Assembly: GCF_037042905.1 (NCBI RefSeq)
Contig: NC_087251.1
Coordinates: 47,742,001-47,806,000, forward strand
Source of the DNA: Lytechinus pictus
Taxonomy: Eukaryota
DNA length: 64,000 nucleotides
Direction of reading: 5' to 3'
Position 1 is the stretch's first letter. The number at the start of each line of letters is the position of its first letter. Positions 1 to 12,700 of this stretch are shown here, one piece after another. The notes beneath the pieces were generated by a model. That model saw only the letters and a list, made by a program, of their open reading frames with translations, did no database searches and was not told where the DNA came from. A program made the translations under genes and the position numbers.

Positions 1-444
1 CGGGCTGGAGCTCTCTGGGTTAAGGCTCTTGTAAATTTTCTTGTATTTTGCAAGTTAACAGAATGCAAACTTTGCAAAGATAAGAGAATTTGTAGAATAC
101 CTTTTCTCTCCATATGTTATCTTGCGCCACAGAGATATATGTGCCGTTTACTTTACGCATCATGACATTATAACTCTTCCATCATATTCAATCATAAATA
201 AATCATTGTCATTAATTTATTGTCATACGTGTTTAGTGAAAGTTTTACAATTACAACAAGAAAATTTACTAAAGATACAAGTTTTCGGAATACTATTTTA
301 TTGTAACTCTAAATATACAAGAATATTTCTCTTAAGACAATTTTCAGAATACGGCCCCAAAATTGATATTGAAAATGTACTTATCAATGTTGCTTTCTAA
401 CACATTTTTCAACAGGTGGGACTAGACAAAAACAGCCAACTTAC

Positions 445-609
445 ATTCTTGAATCTCTGAGCGATATCATGCGTTTCATTGTAGCAAACTTCTTTGTTCT
501 TTTATCCTTCCCCTGAAATATTAAAAAAAAAAAAAAATTGAAGAATGCGAATCAATAATTGAAGATTTTATCATAATTTAGTGACATATATATCTTCTTC
601 ACTTACCAT
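445..609 (-). CDS. FCF1: rRNA-processing protein FCF1/UTP24, 5' part only: exon 1 = ATG (607-609), exon 2 = 445-512; the gene continues beyond the left edge
   Basis: Minus strand reads cagcATG|gtaagt, then ttcag|68-nt exon|gtaagt. Spliced translation MGKDKRTKKFATMKRMISLRDSR matches the FCF1 N-terminus recalled as human MGKQKKTRKYATMKRMLSLRDQR. Confidence 0.9.
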
Positions 610-1400
610 GCTGAGTTCGGACAGGTAGATACAGTTGCGCAATTTTAGCTCGCACGTAATCCGCGATCCGACCACCGATATAATCGTTGTATGGCGCACT
701 GAACGCGTTACCCCGCACATAACATTTTACACGCTATGGTATCATTTCAAAACTGAAGGTTCCTGACAAGTCTTATATGGCCCAATAATACGGTGTCTTT
801 AAATTCAAAGGAGACCCTTTTTTTTTTTCGAAAGAACTTGATTATTTGTGGGATGAACTCCTGAAGCATAAGCACTAGATTACCTCATATCAACATAATT
901 AAGTTCCCAAATAGGAAAGATATGTTTTCCTTGTGTTTTTTTATAACTTATTGATACTCAAGAATGCAGTAATTAAGTGATTGCACTGGCGTACAGATAG
1001 GTTATTACGTTGCGTGGTTGTTGCCCATCCCTTCCCCTCCCCTAAAAAAAAGTAATGACCAACAAAAAAGGGGGAGAGATGAAAGTAAAAAATTGTAGAA
1101 TATGAAATTATTTTTCCGATATTTTGTTAAAATGTGTCCCAAAATGAGATTTTCATTTAAAAAAAGGTCAGATTTTGCCGCCCCCTTTTGCCCTCTAGTT
1201 TCAATTGCTCGCTTGTGGCTACAAGGAAAATTTCCTCTGAATCATGCCATGTTTTGCACTCTTCATTTTTATCTTTTAATCCCTACTTAGATCTACTTGA
1301 TTTATATATATCAAGTATCTGGTGGAAATGCACTGATTTTAAATGAGATCACCACTGTATTTCAGGTAAAAAAAAAAAAAAAAAAAAAGGAATGTTGAGC

Positions 1401-1672
1401 ATAATAATAATAGCTGGATTTATAAAGCGCTTTTTGTCAGAGGATACAAAGCGCTGCTATTATTACCCCGGCTTTAGCTCGAGCTACCATCACCGGCGCT
1501 CAGTGCATGCAAGGAATTACTCCTGCCGGGTACCCATTCACCTCACCTGGGTCGAGTGCAGCACAGTGTGGATAAATTTCTTGCTGAAGGAAAATACGCC
1601 ATGGCTACGATTCGAACACACGACTTTCTGTTTCAAAGGCGAGAGTCAGAACCACTAGACCACGACACACCC
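1401..1672 (-). mobile_element. tRNA-derived SINE with LINE2-like tail
   Basis: Minus-strand head with A box TGGTCTAGTGG and B box GTTCGAATC. Core shared with 3489-3790 and 8361-8503; (ATT)n tail. Confidence 0.85.
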
Positions 1673-3155
1673 ACAAGAAGCATGAAGAATATGATTTTGA
1701 AGTGTTTGTTAAAATGAAATCAAACTGAAATCATTTAAGGGTATAAGATGGATTTCAAGAGTCCTTCAATTTTCTATCCCACAGCTGGGACTAACGTTCT
1801 GTATAATCAAGTAAAGATCAATTCTTTATAAAATAAATTGAAGTAAAATACCCTCATGTTTGTACTGTAAATGAAGTTTGGACATCAGATGCAATTGATT
1901 CTTATGACTTAACATTGAAAATTGAACAATTCATTGTAAACTTGAAAGGAAAGAATTAGGGGTATTATGATACTTGACGGGGCAAGGAGACTGATGGTTT
2001 TCCTTCTCCATTGAATAACAGGGGAACCCCCTTCCCCTCTCTCCTATCTCCCTACCCCCCCCCCCCCCTTCATTTATCTCTCTCTCTCTCTACAAATTAT
2101 AAATCAAAACCTAAAAATCTCCATTGTGTAAGCTAACCTCACAGTTCCTTGGGAGTTGTGCATTTACTAAACCTTCCACTCAAATTCTGCACCAGAAGAA
2201 AAGGCATACGACAACAGTACATCGACACAAAAATGTGAAAATCCTTTCATATTATTCATGGAATGTAGAAGCAATAAACCACCTCATTTGAATTCTCGAT
2301 TTCATTGATGAATAGTTTGACATATAATAAAAAGCAAATTATCTTTCAAAAAGAAACAGAAATGACAAGTTCACACAGAAAAATTTAATTTACCAATGTA
2401 ACATGATTTTAATAGCATATTTACAATATTTACACATTAGAAACCAGAAGCTGGCAAAAATCCTCTCTGCAGGTCAAAGGCTTGACAGAAAGCAAAGGCT
2501 AGTATATGATCATAATCTAGATCAATCTATTACCATCAATTTTAAAGAGATGTTATTCCAAACTGAATGATCTTTTATTTTTTTCCTCTCAATATGATGG
2601 TGTAGAATTTGAGACTAGGGTGAATGATGCACAAATAGGGAAGCTCATCATTTATTACTACTGCTAAATAATGTCAAACAATGATCCTTTTTGATGGGGT
2701 CAGTGGTGGCAGTTAATTGCCACTTTGTCTACTTTGCATTTGGCCTCATCCCACATTGCCTAATCCTTGTTCATCTAAAATCTGTTCTTTTACAATCATA
2801 TGATCTAATTGCCATGGAGCCCAAAAGCCATTCACTACTTTGTCTAATATCTACTTGGTCTAATACGACGTATGGTAGTCTATATAAGACAACATTTTAT
2901 GAAGCAGATTTTCATAATAATAATAAAATAATAGAACAGTTCTTATATAGTGCATTCCCGGGAGTGCATTTTACCTTTCAAAGATCTGCATGCATTTGAC
3001 AAAGTGCAAAGCAATAAGCAAACCGAGTGGAAATTAGATCATTGGGGCATTTAACTAAATAATAATTAGACTAGCATGGGTACTGGAGCACTGTAGACCT
3101 AGTGTAAGTGGAAACCAAATGTCACACATAGACCAAAATGAGAGAAGACCAAATG

Positions 3156-3456
3156 GCCCGTATTCTGAAGTCAGGTTTCGCTTAGACCACGGTCTGACTC
3201 TGTGCTACAATTATGGGGAGCCAAAAGTTCAAAATTCTGTTTATATTGTATATTTCTTATGTTTACTATTTTGTTTCCTTTTGCTTTCATAATGAAGAAA
3301 AATACTTCAGTTATCATTCCCAGACAATTATGAACAATTTGGGTGTCATATACAGTATGTGTACTGTTTGGGATTTGTGCTCCAATTGGCTCTCCATAGT
3401 TAAACTACAACTTTAAACCAGGGTTTAATTTAAACCCGAGTTCAGAATACCGGCCA
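3156..3456. mobile_element. MITE with TIR ggcccgtattctgaa
   Basis: Terminal inverted repeats. A diverged copy at ~8850-9970 is split by a Helentron-type insertion. Confidence 0.75.
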
Positions 3457-3488
3457 ATGGGTTTAGCCCATGTGATATTGGAGTATAT

Positions 3489-3790
3489 AATAATAATAAT
3501 AATATAGGGGGCCTAGAGTGTTTCTAAAGCGCCAAATCCACATTGATTATGTGCTCAAGGCGCTGAAATATACTTGGTATATTATTACCCCGGCTGTAGC
3601 TGAGCGGCCATATAGGCGCTAAAGCATTCAAGGAATAAATCCTACCGGGTAACCATTCACCTCACCTGGGTCGAGTGCAGCACAATGTGGATAAATTTCT
3701 TGCCAAAGGAAATTACGCCATGGCTGGGATTCAAACCCACGACCCCTGTTTCAAAGTCCGAAGACTAATCCACTGGGCCACAACGCTCCA
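3489..3790 (-). mobile_element. tRNA-derived SINE, same core family
   Basis: Head TGGCCCAGTGG...GTTTGAATCC; core ccattcacctcacctgggtcgagtgcagcac; (ATT)n tail. Confidence 0.85.
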
Positions 3791-4740
3791 CATATATAGA
3801 CCAACTGCTTGTAGAGCAAGTGAATATAAACCAGAGGTTCTAATGCAATTCTTTTTTTTCCTTGAGGGGGTTTGGGTCAGCAACACTACCACCAAGGGAG
3901 AGTGTGAGTGGGGCTCTCCCATCCAAACATATCAGAATCACCAGAGAGCACTATAGGCCTTATCAAAATGTACCATTTGTGTTAAAGTTGGCGGTCAGTG
4001 GTAATTAATGCTGCTCAAAGTCTAATACAAGCCAACAGTCCTATGGTAAGCACTACGGTACTCATTTCAAAGTTTCAATCTATTTTAAAGCAAATACAAA
4101 CCAGCAGCGTTGTACAGATCACCTCAACTGCTCATGTCTGGCCGGGTTCCAAACCCACAATGCAACATTCTGAGTGTTGTAGTCTTGAAATACAGGCCCA
4201 CTTGAATGACAACACACTAATTCACTGCTCAATACATTCATACACAAATAATCATGTTACCAAGTAGCAAAATAAGAACTTTTCTACTCAGAATATTTTA
4301 GTGTATCCATGCAAATAAAATCACAGGCTGATTTATTCTCATTCTCAATGGTATATATTTCAAGACTCGCCATTTATAATAACACAGTCAATGAGAAACC
4401 ACATGAAGTGTAGGTCGGTTCACTTGCCCTTTAAACTGCAATAGTAATAGGCATATCAATCAAGCAACCATAAAGTGGCACCAACCAGCGAGCTGGATGG
4501 TGCTGGGTGGTGCTTATGGTATTTTACTGGTACTACAGCTTTGGAGAATCATAGTTTCACAATGTCAAATATACGTCAATTACATATGGTTGGAAATTAA
4601 ATATACTGAATAAAATCAAACAATAATACAATCTCCTTCTCACCTTGATTGGCATTATCCCCCACAAAATTAAGATTTTTTTCCCTCAATAGTACTGTAT
4701 AATAATAGCCAATGGGTATATACTTGTATATATATATATA

Positions 4741-5298
4741 TGTCTGTTCAGAAACGGATTTTGAATTCTCTCTTTTGTCACATCATGGGCACTGACGAAG
4801 AGTGTGACTTTACCTTTCATTTTTGAGAGCTATGCTTTTAAAATCTACGATTTTATTTCTACGGCATTTACTTAACCTTTTGTGATTATTTTATTCCTTA
4901 TGCCGAAGCAGACTATTTCTATTTTACTCAGGTATTTTTTACTGCTTAACTTCGACTGTTGGCGGTGAGGCCCTTTTCAGATTTTCCTGTTTTGGAGCCG
5001 GAGATTCGCCTTTGTCATCTTGCAGTCATGGTAACGCGTCTTTAGATGCATCTTTTACAGTGCGCTTCCTCCATCTTCAGCGAATTGATTTCTTTGAAAG
5101 GTGAGTTTCAAAATCCGTTTGCCCATGAACAGACGTGTTTTTCACGACTGTTTCAGAAACTGATTTTGAATTCTCTTTTTTGTCACATCATGGGCACTGA
5201 CGAAGAGTGTGACTTTACCTTTCATTTTTGAGAGCTATGCTCCTTTTAAAATCTACGATTTTATTTCTACGGCATTTACTAAACCTTTTGTGATTATA
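4741..5298 (+). mobile_element. Direct-repeat element (~150-bp repeats, 405-bp period) in (TA)n, with hammerhead-like motifs; retrozyme/Penelope pLTR-like
   Basis: 4743-4888 is repeated almost exactly at 5148-5298. Each copy has gggca-CTGACGA...GAGA-gcta-tgct. (TA)n lies on both flanks. Confidence 0.6.
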
Positions 5299-5778
5299 TA
5301 TATATATATATATTTGAAATATCGGGAGTTACAGAGTAGACTTCAGGCACAGACCTTAGTTTTGCAATTTGTATAGTGTATAATAGAGAGTCTGAAGTAG
5401 CTATACTAGATTCACTCATGTGCTGTGACTGTCATAAACAGAGAGTTTGGAGTCTAGTCTTCCCTCTAGGTATTGTATAATTTGTGAAAGTGTCAATTTG
5501 AGTCTGTACATGCAGACTAGTTAGAGAGGAAGAAAAGAGGATGCAATATATAAAATGAGAGACACCATATACTAAACTTCCAACACAGAGGCAGCATAAA
5601 GTCAAGGTATTAGGGGAGGGGTGGGGGTGGGGATGTAAGATGATATAAAGCGACAAATGTGATTCATATTTTCTTAATATAACTTTTGGCATTATATTGC
5701 TACAGAATGGAGTTATTTCTTTGACGTACCCTTTCTTCTTTCTTTCTCTCTTTTTGTCATTCCATCTGGATACAACTG

Positions 5779-5962
5779 GGGGCTGTTTCACTGACATGCC
5801 GACACATACATGATATGCAATGCGCAATCTAAATGATTAATATGCAGCAGTGCGTGTCCTCTTGACATGATCTGACCAATACGGTCATGCCTTTTATATC
5901 GCACGCAACTAGGCATTCACGTGCAACTCTAAGTCATACTTAAATCTTTGTGAAATAGCCCC
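5779..5962. mobile_element. Harbinger-like MITE
   Basis: TIR ggggctgtttcac/gtgaaatagcccc with CTG target duplication. Confidence 0.7.
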
Positions 5963-6099
5963 CTGATGTGTTAAAACTCTACTTTCTCAGAATTTAGCCA
6001 TATATGACAGACATAACATAATGCAGAGCGGTTCTTGTGAGAGTGTTCACTGAACGAGTTTGGCTGCAGGAGTAGCAAAGCCAAAGAGTCAAGATTCCT

Positions 6100-6400
6100 T
6101 GTATCCCATTGCCTACTGGAACTGGGTGACCCCTGTACAATGCCTATGGGAATGGCAGCATTCAGAAGTCAACTGGTTAACCCACTGTGTACTGGAAACG
6201 GGTGATCCCTGTAAACTGCCTTAAGGGGATTCCAGAATTCAGCAGTCAACAAGTTAACCCCATTTCCTACTGATGTTCCCTGTACAAAGCCTATTGGAAT
6301 AACATAATGCAGTAGTCATCAGGTTAACCCATTACCTACAGGAATCGAGTGATCCCTGTACAAAGCCTATGGGAATGACAGAAATAATTAGTCTATGGGT
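6100..6400. repeat. Diverged tandem repeat, 4 units of ~69-78 bp, in the presumed PAF1 3' UTR
   Basis: Recurring ccca..cctactgga..gtgatccctgtacaaagcctatgggaat..agtcaac..gttaa units starting near 6105, 6181, 6259 and 6328. Confidence 0.8.
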
Positions 6401-6419
6401 TTAGAGTTATTTGAAGGTT

Positions 6420-6778
6420 TCAATCACTGTCACTTGCAACCGGTGATTCCGCCTCACTCTCCTGCTGCTGCTCCTCCTCCTCCTCTTCTTCTCCTTGTTC
6501 TTCCTCACTATCACTATCACCAAAGATCTCTTCCTCATCCCTAACTTCCCTCTTCCCTCTCTCTTCTTCTTCCTCCTCTTCTTCTTCTTCCTCTTCTTCT
6601 TCTCTCTCCACCTGCTCCTGCTCCTCCTCTTCCTCTCCGCTGGCTGCCTCTTGTTCGCTCCCGCTTGCCACCTGTTCTTCCTCTCCTTCTTCCTCTCCTT
6701 CTACCATCTCCTCTCCTTCCTCCTCTGCTTCTTGTTCTTCCTCTTCTCCACTGCCCGCTTCCTCCACTTGTTCAGCAT
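6420..6778 (-). CDS. PAF1: PAF1 last coding exon (acidic tail)
   Basis: tatcag| then an E-rich segment with [13 protein letters not shown], ending ASDSD-TGA. Confidence 0.9.
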
Positions 6779-9700
6779 CTGATACAGAATTAAAAAATCA
6801 TAGAAATTATTTAGCATATAATATTCATTCTAATTGTTTTTTCCACACAATAATTGAAAAACAAGCTCAAAATATTCATATTTTGTATAACATCCATATA
6901 ATCCACTTCCACATCCACTTACTGTAAGCATTTGGAGAGCAGAACTATTCATTATCATTTTATTTTGTTGTTAAGCGCTTTAGGCATGTTTAAATATATG
7001 CTAAACTTTATATATGCCTGTATGTAATGAAATAAATATTTATTGACCTTTTCCAATATTTCTCATCAAATATTCCTTACGATATTGCCAGTATACTTAT
7101 GCAATTCAACATACTCAAACTTTCAGGAAAGCATGCTTTCTTTTTTTACTATATTTGAAGAAAGTTGTATTTAAAGAAAGATGACATGCCAATCCCAATT
7201 ATTAAGGGGAAACACTGAAAATATGAAAAGATAGATATATTTTATTTTGATTACAATTCTTTTTTTTGGAGGGTAGGGTTGGGGGAGGGCAACAAAAAGG
7301 TACAGTGACTACCTTTACGCTTATATGTCAAAGCAAATACAAGCCTTGATCCGTGATACAACAATAGATTAATGAGTTGGAGAGGGGGCGAGGAATTTGC
7401 ACCCCTAGTAGAAATGTGGATTGAAAAAGCCAAGTTAAAATGGGCTAGAAGAAAAAAAGAAAAAAAAAAGGGCTTACCTGAATCTTGTTGCTCCACTTCC
7501 CTTTCCTCTTCTTCCTCCTCCTCTTGACTTTCTCCTTCTGCTCCTTCTTCCTCTTCTCCTCCTTCCTCCTGTTCTTCTCCCTCTCCTCCTTCTGTAGTCT
7601 CCATCTCAACTTCCTCTTCTTCTTCCTCCTGGATGACATTCTCCAGTTGGTTCATTCGCATGTCCTGGAGAAAAAACACATCGAATTGGAATAATAATCC
7701 TTTATAATTAAAATAACAATAATAATATATCCATTTATATTACATAGGTTATGTAGATTCGAATCAGTAATAGGTCAATACGCCATCACGTGACCATAGC
7801 TGCGAGGATCGCATTTGTTATATTCTAGGTTTTGACGTCACCTCAGCTCAGGGAATATACTGCGTTGTATTGTCAATTGCGGCGTTATATTCACTAAGGT
7901 GACGTCACTCGCTGCATACAAGTTGCGTAACAAGGCAGTTTATTTGATGTACGCGCTAATGTTAACGCGTCGATTGCATGAAGAACGCGCTTGATGTATT
8001 AAAAAAAAAAATCTATTATGACGTAGATGGATCAGAGCTGTAGCAAGAATTTCGGGTTTGAGCCAGATGATGAATGCAATTTCTGATGGCGAATCCACAT
8101 AGACTATATAATATAACAGATATTGCCTGGTCTATCGTTTTAATAAATAACATTTCATCTCCCCTCCGAAGCTATATTTTTCCCTCGGGATAATATTTTC
8201 CCTCAGCGCTGCGCGCTTCGGGCAAAACATAATCCCTTGGGAAAAATATAACTCCGTCGGGGAGAGGAAATGTTATATTCAAACTCTAGGTAGGCAATAT
8301 CTGTATAATATCACACAGTTACTAAATGTACATATTATATTACGCTTACTACTAGGTATCATATTATTATCCTGGCTGTAGCTGAGCCACCGTATAAGCG
8401 CTAAAGCGTTCAAGGAATAAATCATATCTGGTGCCTATTCACCTAACCTGGGTCGAGTGAAGCAGAATGTGGATCTATTTCTTGCTGAAAGAAATTACGC
8501 CATGACTACTTCATGACTATATACTCACCAAGATGCAAGAAATGACCTTAGACATCAGGCAAGGAAAACTAACAGTATATGGCAAAATTTTTCTTTTGGG
8601 TTTTTTTTTGGTCATATAAGCACAGAAATATTAATGATTGTTTGAAACAGGTTGATAATTTTGAGAGGGCTTAATTTTTTTCAATTATTATTTGAATAAA
8701 TCACAAAACAATGTTACACATAAACAGGATAATTGAGAAATTCAGAAATTGATAACAGAAATGATTGTCTGCATTATTCTAATCTTGCTATATTATGATG
8801 CAGAATAAAAAAAAAATCAATTCATTCCACCTTTTATCAGAGTCTGCATGGTCCATATTCTAATTTCTGGTTTAAATTAGACTACGGCCTACTGTGCTGG
8901 GAAAGCTGAAAATGTACAACAAGTGGAGCGCCTTTGGCAGTCTCACCTGCATCGCGCGATTCAATATAGCAGCATGTAATTATTCACAAAAAACACCATT
9001 CATATAATGATACAATAAATGACATTTGACCTTGATTATGCGACCTAAGACTTGTCAGTGATACCTGACTACCCCTATATCCACATTTTATAAACTATAT
9101 CTATAAACTTTGAAAGTTATGACAGCAATCTAATAATTACCTCCGAAATGGCCAGAGTTCAATGACCTTAAATGATCTTTGACTTTGGTCATGTGACCTG
9201 AAACTCGCACAGGATGTTCAATGATACTTGATTATTCTTATGTCCAAGTTTCATGAATCAGATCCATAAACATTCAAAGTTATGATGGTAATTCAACACA
9301 TACCCCCAACTTGGCCAAAGTTCGTTGACCTTAAATGACCTTTGACCTTGGTCATGTGACTTGAAACTCAGGCAGGATGTTCAGTAATACTTGATTAACC
9401 TTATGTCCAAGTTTCATGAACTAGGTCCACATATTTTTTAAGTTATGATCACATTTAAAAAACTGAACCTTACATGTAGGTTAAGATTTTGATGTTGATT
9501 CCCCCAACATGGTCTAAGTTCATTGACCCTAAATGACCTTTGACCTTGGTCATGTGACCCGAAACTCAGGCAGGATGTTCAGTAATACTTCATTAACCTT
9601 ATGGCTAAGTTTCATGTACTAGGTCCATATACTTTCTAAGTTATGCTGTCATTTCAAAAACTTAACCTTTGGTTAAGATTTGGTGTTGACGCCGCCGCCA

Positions 9701-12700
9701 CCGTCAGAAAATCGGGGCCTATAGTCTCACTCTGCTTTGCAGGTGAGACAAAAATTGTTTGCATTATTTGCTTCTAATGTTTACTGTGCACTTGCCACAT
9801 TCTCTTATGCAGGGGAAGTTTTCAATCCTTGATAATTGTGAATGAGTATCAAATAAATTGATATATTGAACCTGTACTGTTAAACAACTGAGTCACAGTT
9901 GGTTTTCCATAGTTAAACCACAACTTCAGACCATAGTTTAAATTAAACCCCGGAGTTCAGAAAATGAGCCTAAAAGTGTGACAAAATTAATCAATATAAT
10001 ATAATCAATGATGAAGTACTGACCTGCATAGCTGATTCTTGATCATATAGTTCTCTGTGCTTAACAACCAAGACAGAATTGCTAGATGGTGCATCTTTGA
10101 CCCTCCTCTTACTCAGCCGCACCCTGTAAATTTGGAGAAAAAAGGTAAATAAAGCATAAATGTAATTTAATGTAATTTAGCAGGATGCTCAAAAGAAGTG
10201 GAAGGAGGGAGTGTCATCATGGCACTAATGACAGTGATCCTTAGTGAGAGGAAAAATGCTGACTGAAATAAATGCTGATGGTGATGATGTTGGAGATGAA
10301 GATGATGGTGATGATAATTATGATTGATGATGATGGTGATGATGATGGTGATGATGAGGATAATTATGATTGATGATGATAATGATGACAGTGATGATGA
10401 TGGTGATGATAATTATGATTGATGATGATAATGATGACAGTGATGATGATGGTGATGTTAATGATGACAGTGATGATGATGGTGATGATAATTATGATTG
10501 ATGATGATAATGATGACAGTGATGATGATGGTGATGATAATGATGACAGTGACGATGATGGTGATGATAACTATGATTGATGATGATAATGATGACAATG
10601 ATGACGGTGATAATTATGATTGATGATGATGATGATGATGGTGATAATGAGGATGATAATGGTGATGATGACAATGAAGACGATGATGAATTATAAGATG
10701 GTGTTGTTAACATGTATGATTAATGCTAATACAGGAAATGATAAGAGCTATGCTTAGTTATCATATCCAGCCAGCCAGGTGGGTATTTTATCAAGCTGAT
10801 CATAAGTTACCAATGATTTTACGCACAGCTGGTTACTCTTTCTTGTGCTATATGATATATCCAGAACTGCCAAGTTGTATTTTGCATTTTCAGTATTCTT
10901 ATCCCCCAAAATCAGTATTTTGACAAAAAAATCAGTATTTTTACCATGTGAGATAAATATTTTGTATTTTTCCCCCAAAAAGTGTATTTCATAATAAAAT
11001 GCTTGGCGCACTCGCCCATCACGACGCTCAAGCTGCATGCAAGCTAAAATGTGCACTGCTCTTGCAGATGAAAAAAAAAAAAAAAACATTGAAACTTGTG
11101 TATATCTCACCCTGGTTTTTACAAAATGATTGAAAAAAAAACAAGTTACCTGAAATTACATTGATCTAATAACCATATTTGTGTACGTTTTATGAAATAG
11201 AGACATATAGAGATGATTTTTCTCGATAATTTTTTTTTTTTTTAAAATACAAAAAACGTATTTTTTAAAGAAAAAACGTACTGCCGTATTTTGGTTGCAA
11301 AAACGTACTAAATACTACTTGGCAGCTCTGTATATCCCTGTGTAGTGGACTTAGCAGTAAAGACAATGCTCCAGTCATTCATAAAGTTGTGCGTAACTTT
11401 CAAAACAGCTTTATGAGACACCCACCAGAGATTCCTGTATCTTATCCAGCCAGCCAGGTTGAAGCAGGTAGAAAGATACACAACTAGGTACATGAGCATA
11501 TAGGAACCTCTTGAATCAATAAGTATGAGAGGGAATTCCCTCTGTGTTTAAAACTGTTTATATAGAGAATCATATGTCAAGCTCATTCTGGCCGAGTCAA
11601 AATGTTCTTACCCCGAATGGCGGCAGATGGATAAGCTGGCGTATGTCGTCATATGCTCTGTCTATACAGAAGCAGCATTCAAGAGGTTCTCTCGTATCCT
11701 AAAACAAATGCTTCTTATTATCACTACTTTAATTATCGCCCTCCTTTTATGCTAATAGACAGTATAATTCACATTTCAAAAGCAATTCATAGAGTTAATA
11801 TCTAAAGGCTATTATAAATGAAATACACATTTAAATATTTTTTGGCAATTTGGTGCACTTAGAATAGCAGAAATGGCACAGACAGAGTTAAAAACAACAT
11901 GGGTGCTATTCTCATAGCCATGGTTTAGTTACCCCAAAATTCTTATCTAGTCTAGGGTTAACCCTAAATAGACTGGGCTATTTCGATGCCTAAGAAGACT
12001 GGGGGGGGGCTGATTCAGCCCCCCCCCCTATGATCTCGGCCGTCGACCGCGCGATCGCGACGAAAATTTGCACGTGCATTACCCATGGCATAATCTCCAA
12101 GACTGTAGGATCAAATTTTTCCGAAAAATCTCATAATTCATTAATAATGCTAATTTATGCGTAAAATCAAAGATTTGCTCTAGTTAACTAAATAAGGCCT
12201 CTAAACTGCTAATTTTTTATTCACAGACTCTTTGAAGGATTCTGATCAAATGTACTTTAAAAAAAATTCAATATCACAATTGTTTTTTAAATTTCTTATG
12301 TATTTCTTTGTTTTTCGACTTTTTGTTTTTTATTGTTTTTTCAATGGAAATCGTCCGCTACTTTATTTTGATCATAAACAAGATGAAATTAATTGAGTTT
12401 GATTAGTAAAATTGAAAATAATGATACATTAATGAATTTTGGCTAAAAACACAATTTGCATTGGATTTGTACACAAATTCACGTTTTTGAGCAATTTCGG
12501 GTCGACATGCACTTACAAAATGTTGCGTAATTTCGGAACCACGTACCCGGGCGTCGCAAATTTGGTCTCAATAGTTGCGCAAGACTTGAAAGAAAAAAGT
12601 TATGGAATGGCGCGGCGCCAGCTTTTTGCATTACAGATTTATCGGGAAAAATGTCGAGGGGGGGGCTGAATCAGCCCCCCCCCAGTCTTTTTAGGGTTAA

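Noticed and set aside
4945..5085. Extra minus-strand hammerhead-like motifs (CTGAAGA...AAAAC; CTGAAAA...GAAG)
   Set aside because: Cores are incomplete and no convincing stems I and III were found.
6495..7694. Plus-strand hydrophobic ORFs
   Set aside because: Antisense shadows of the Glu-rich PAF1 exons.
10492..10713. His/Ser/Ile-rich ORF
   Set aside because: Translation of a (GAT)n microsatellite.
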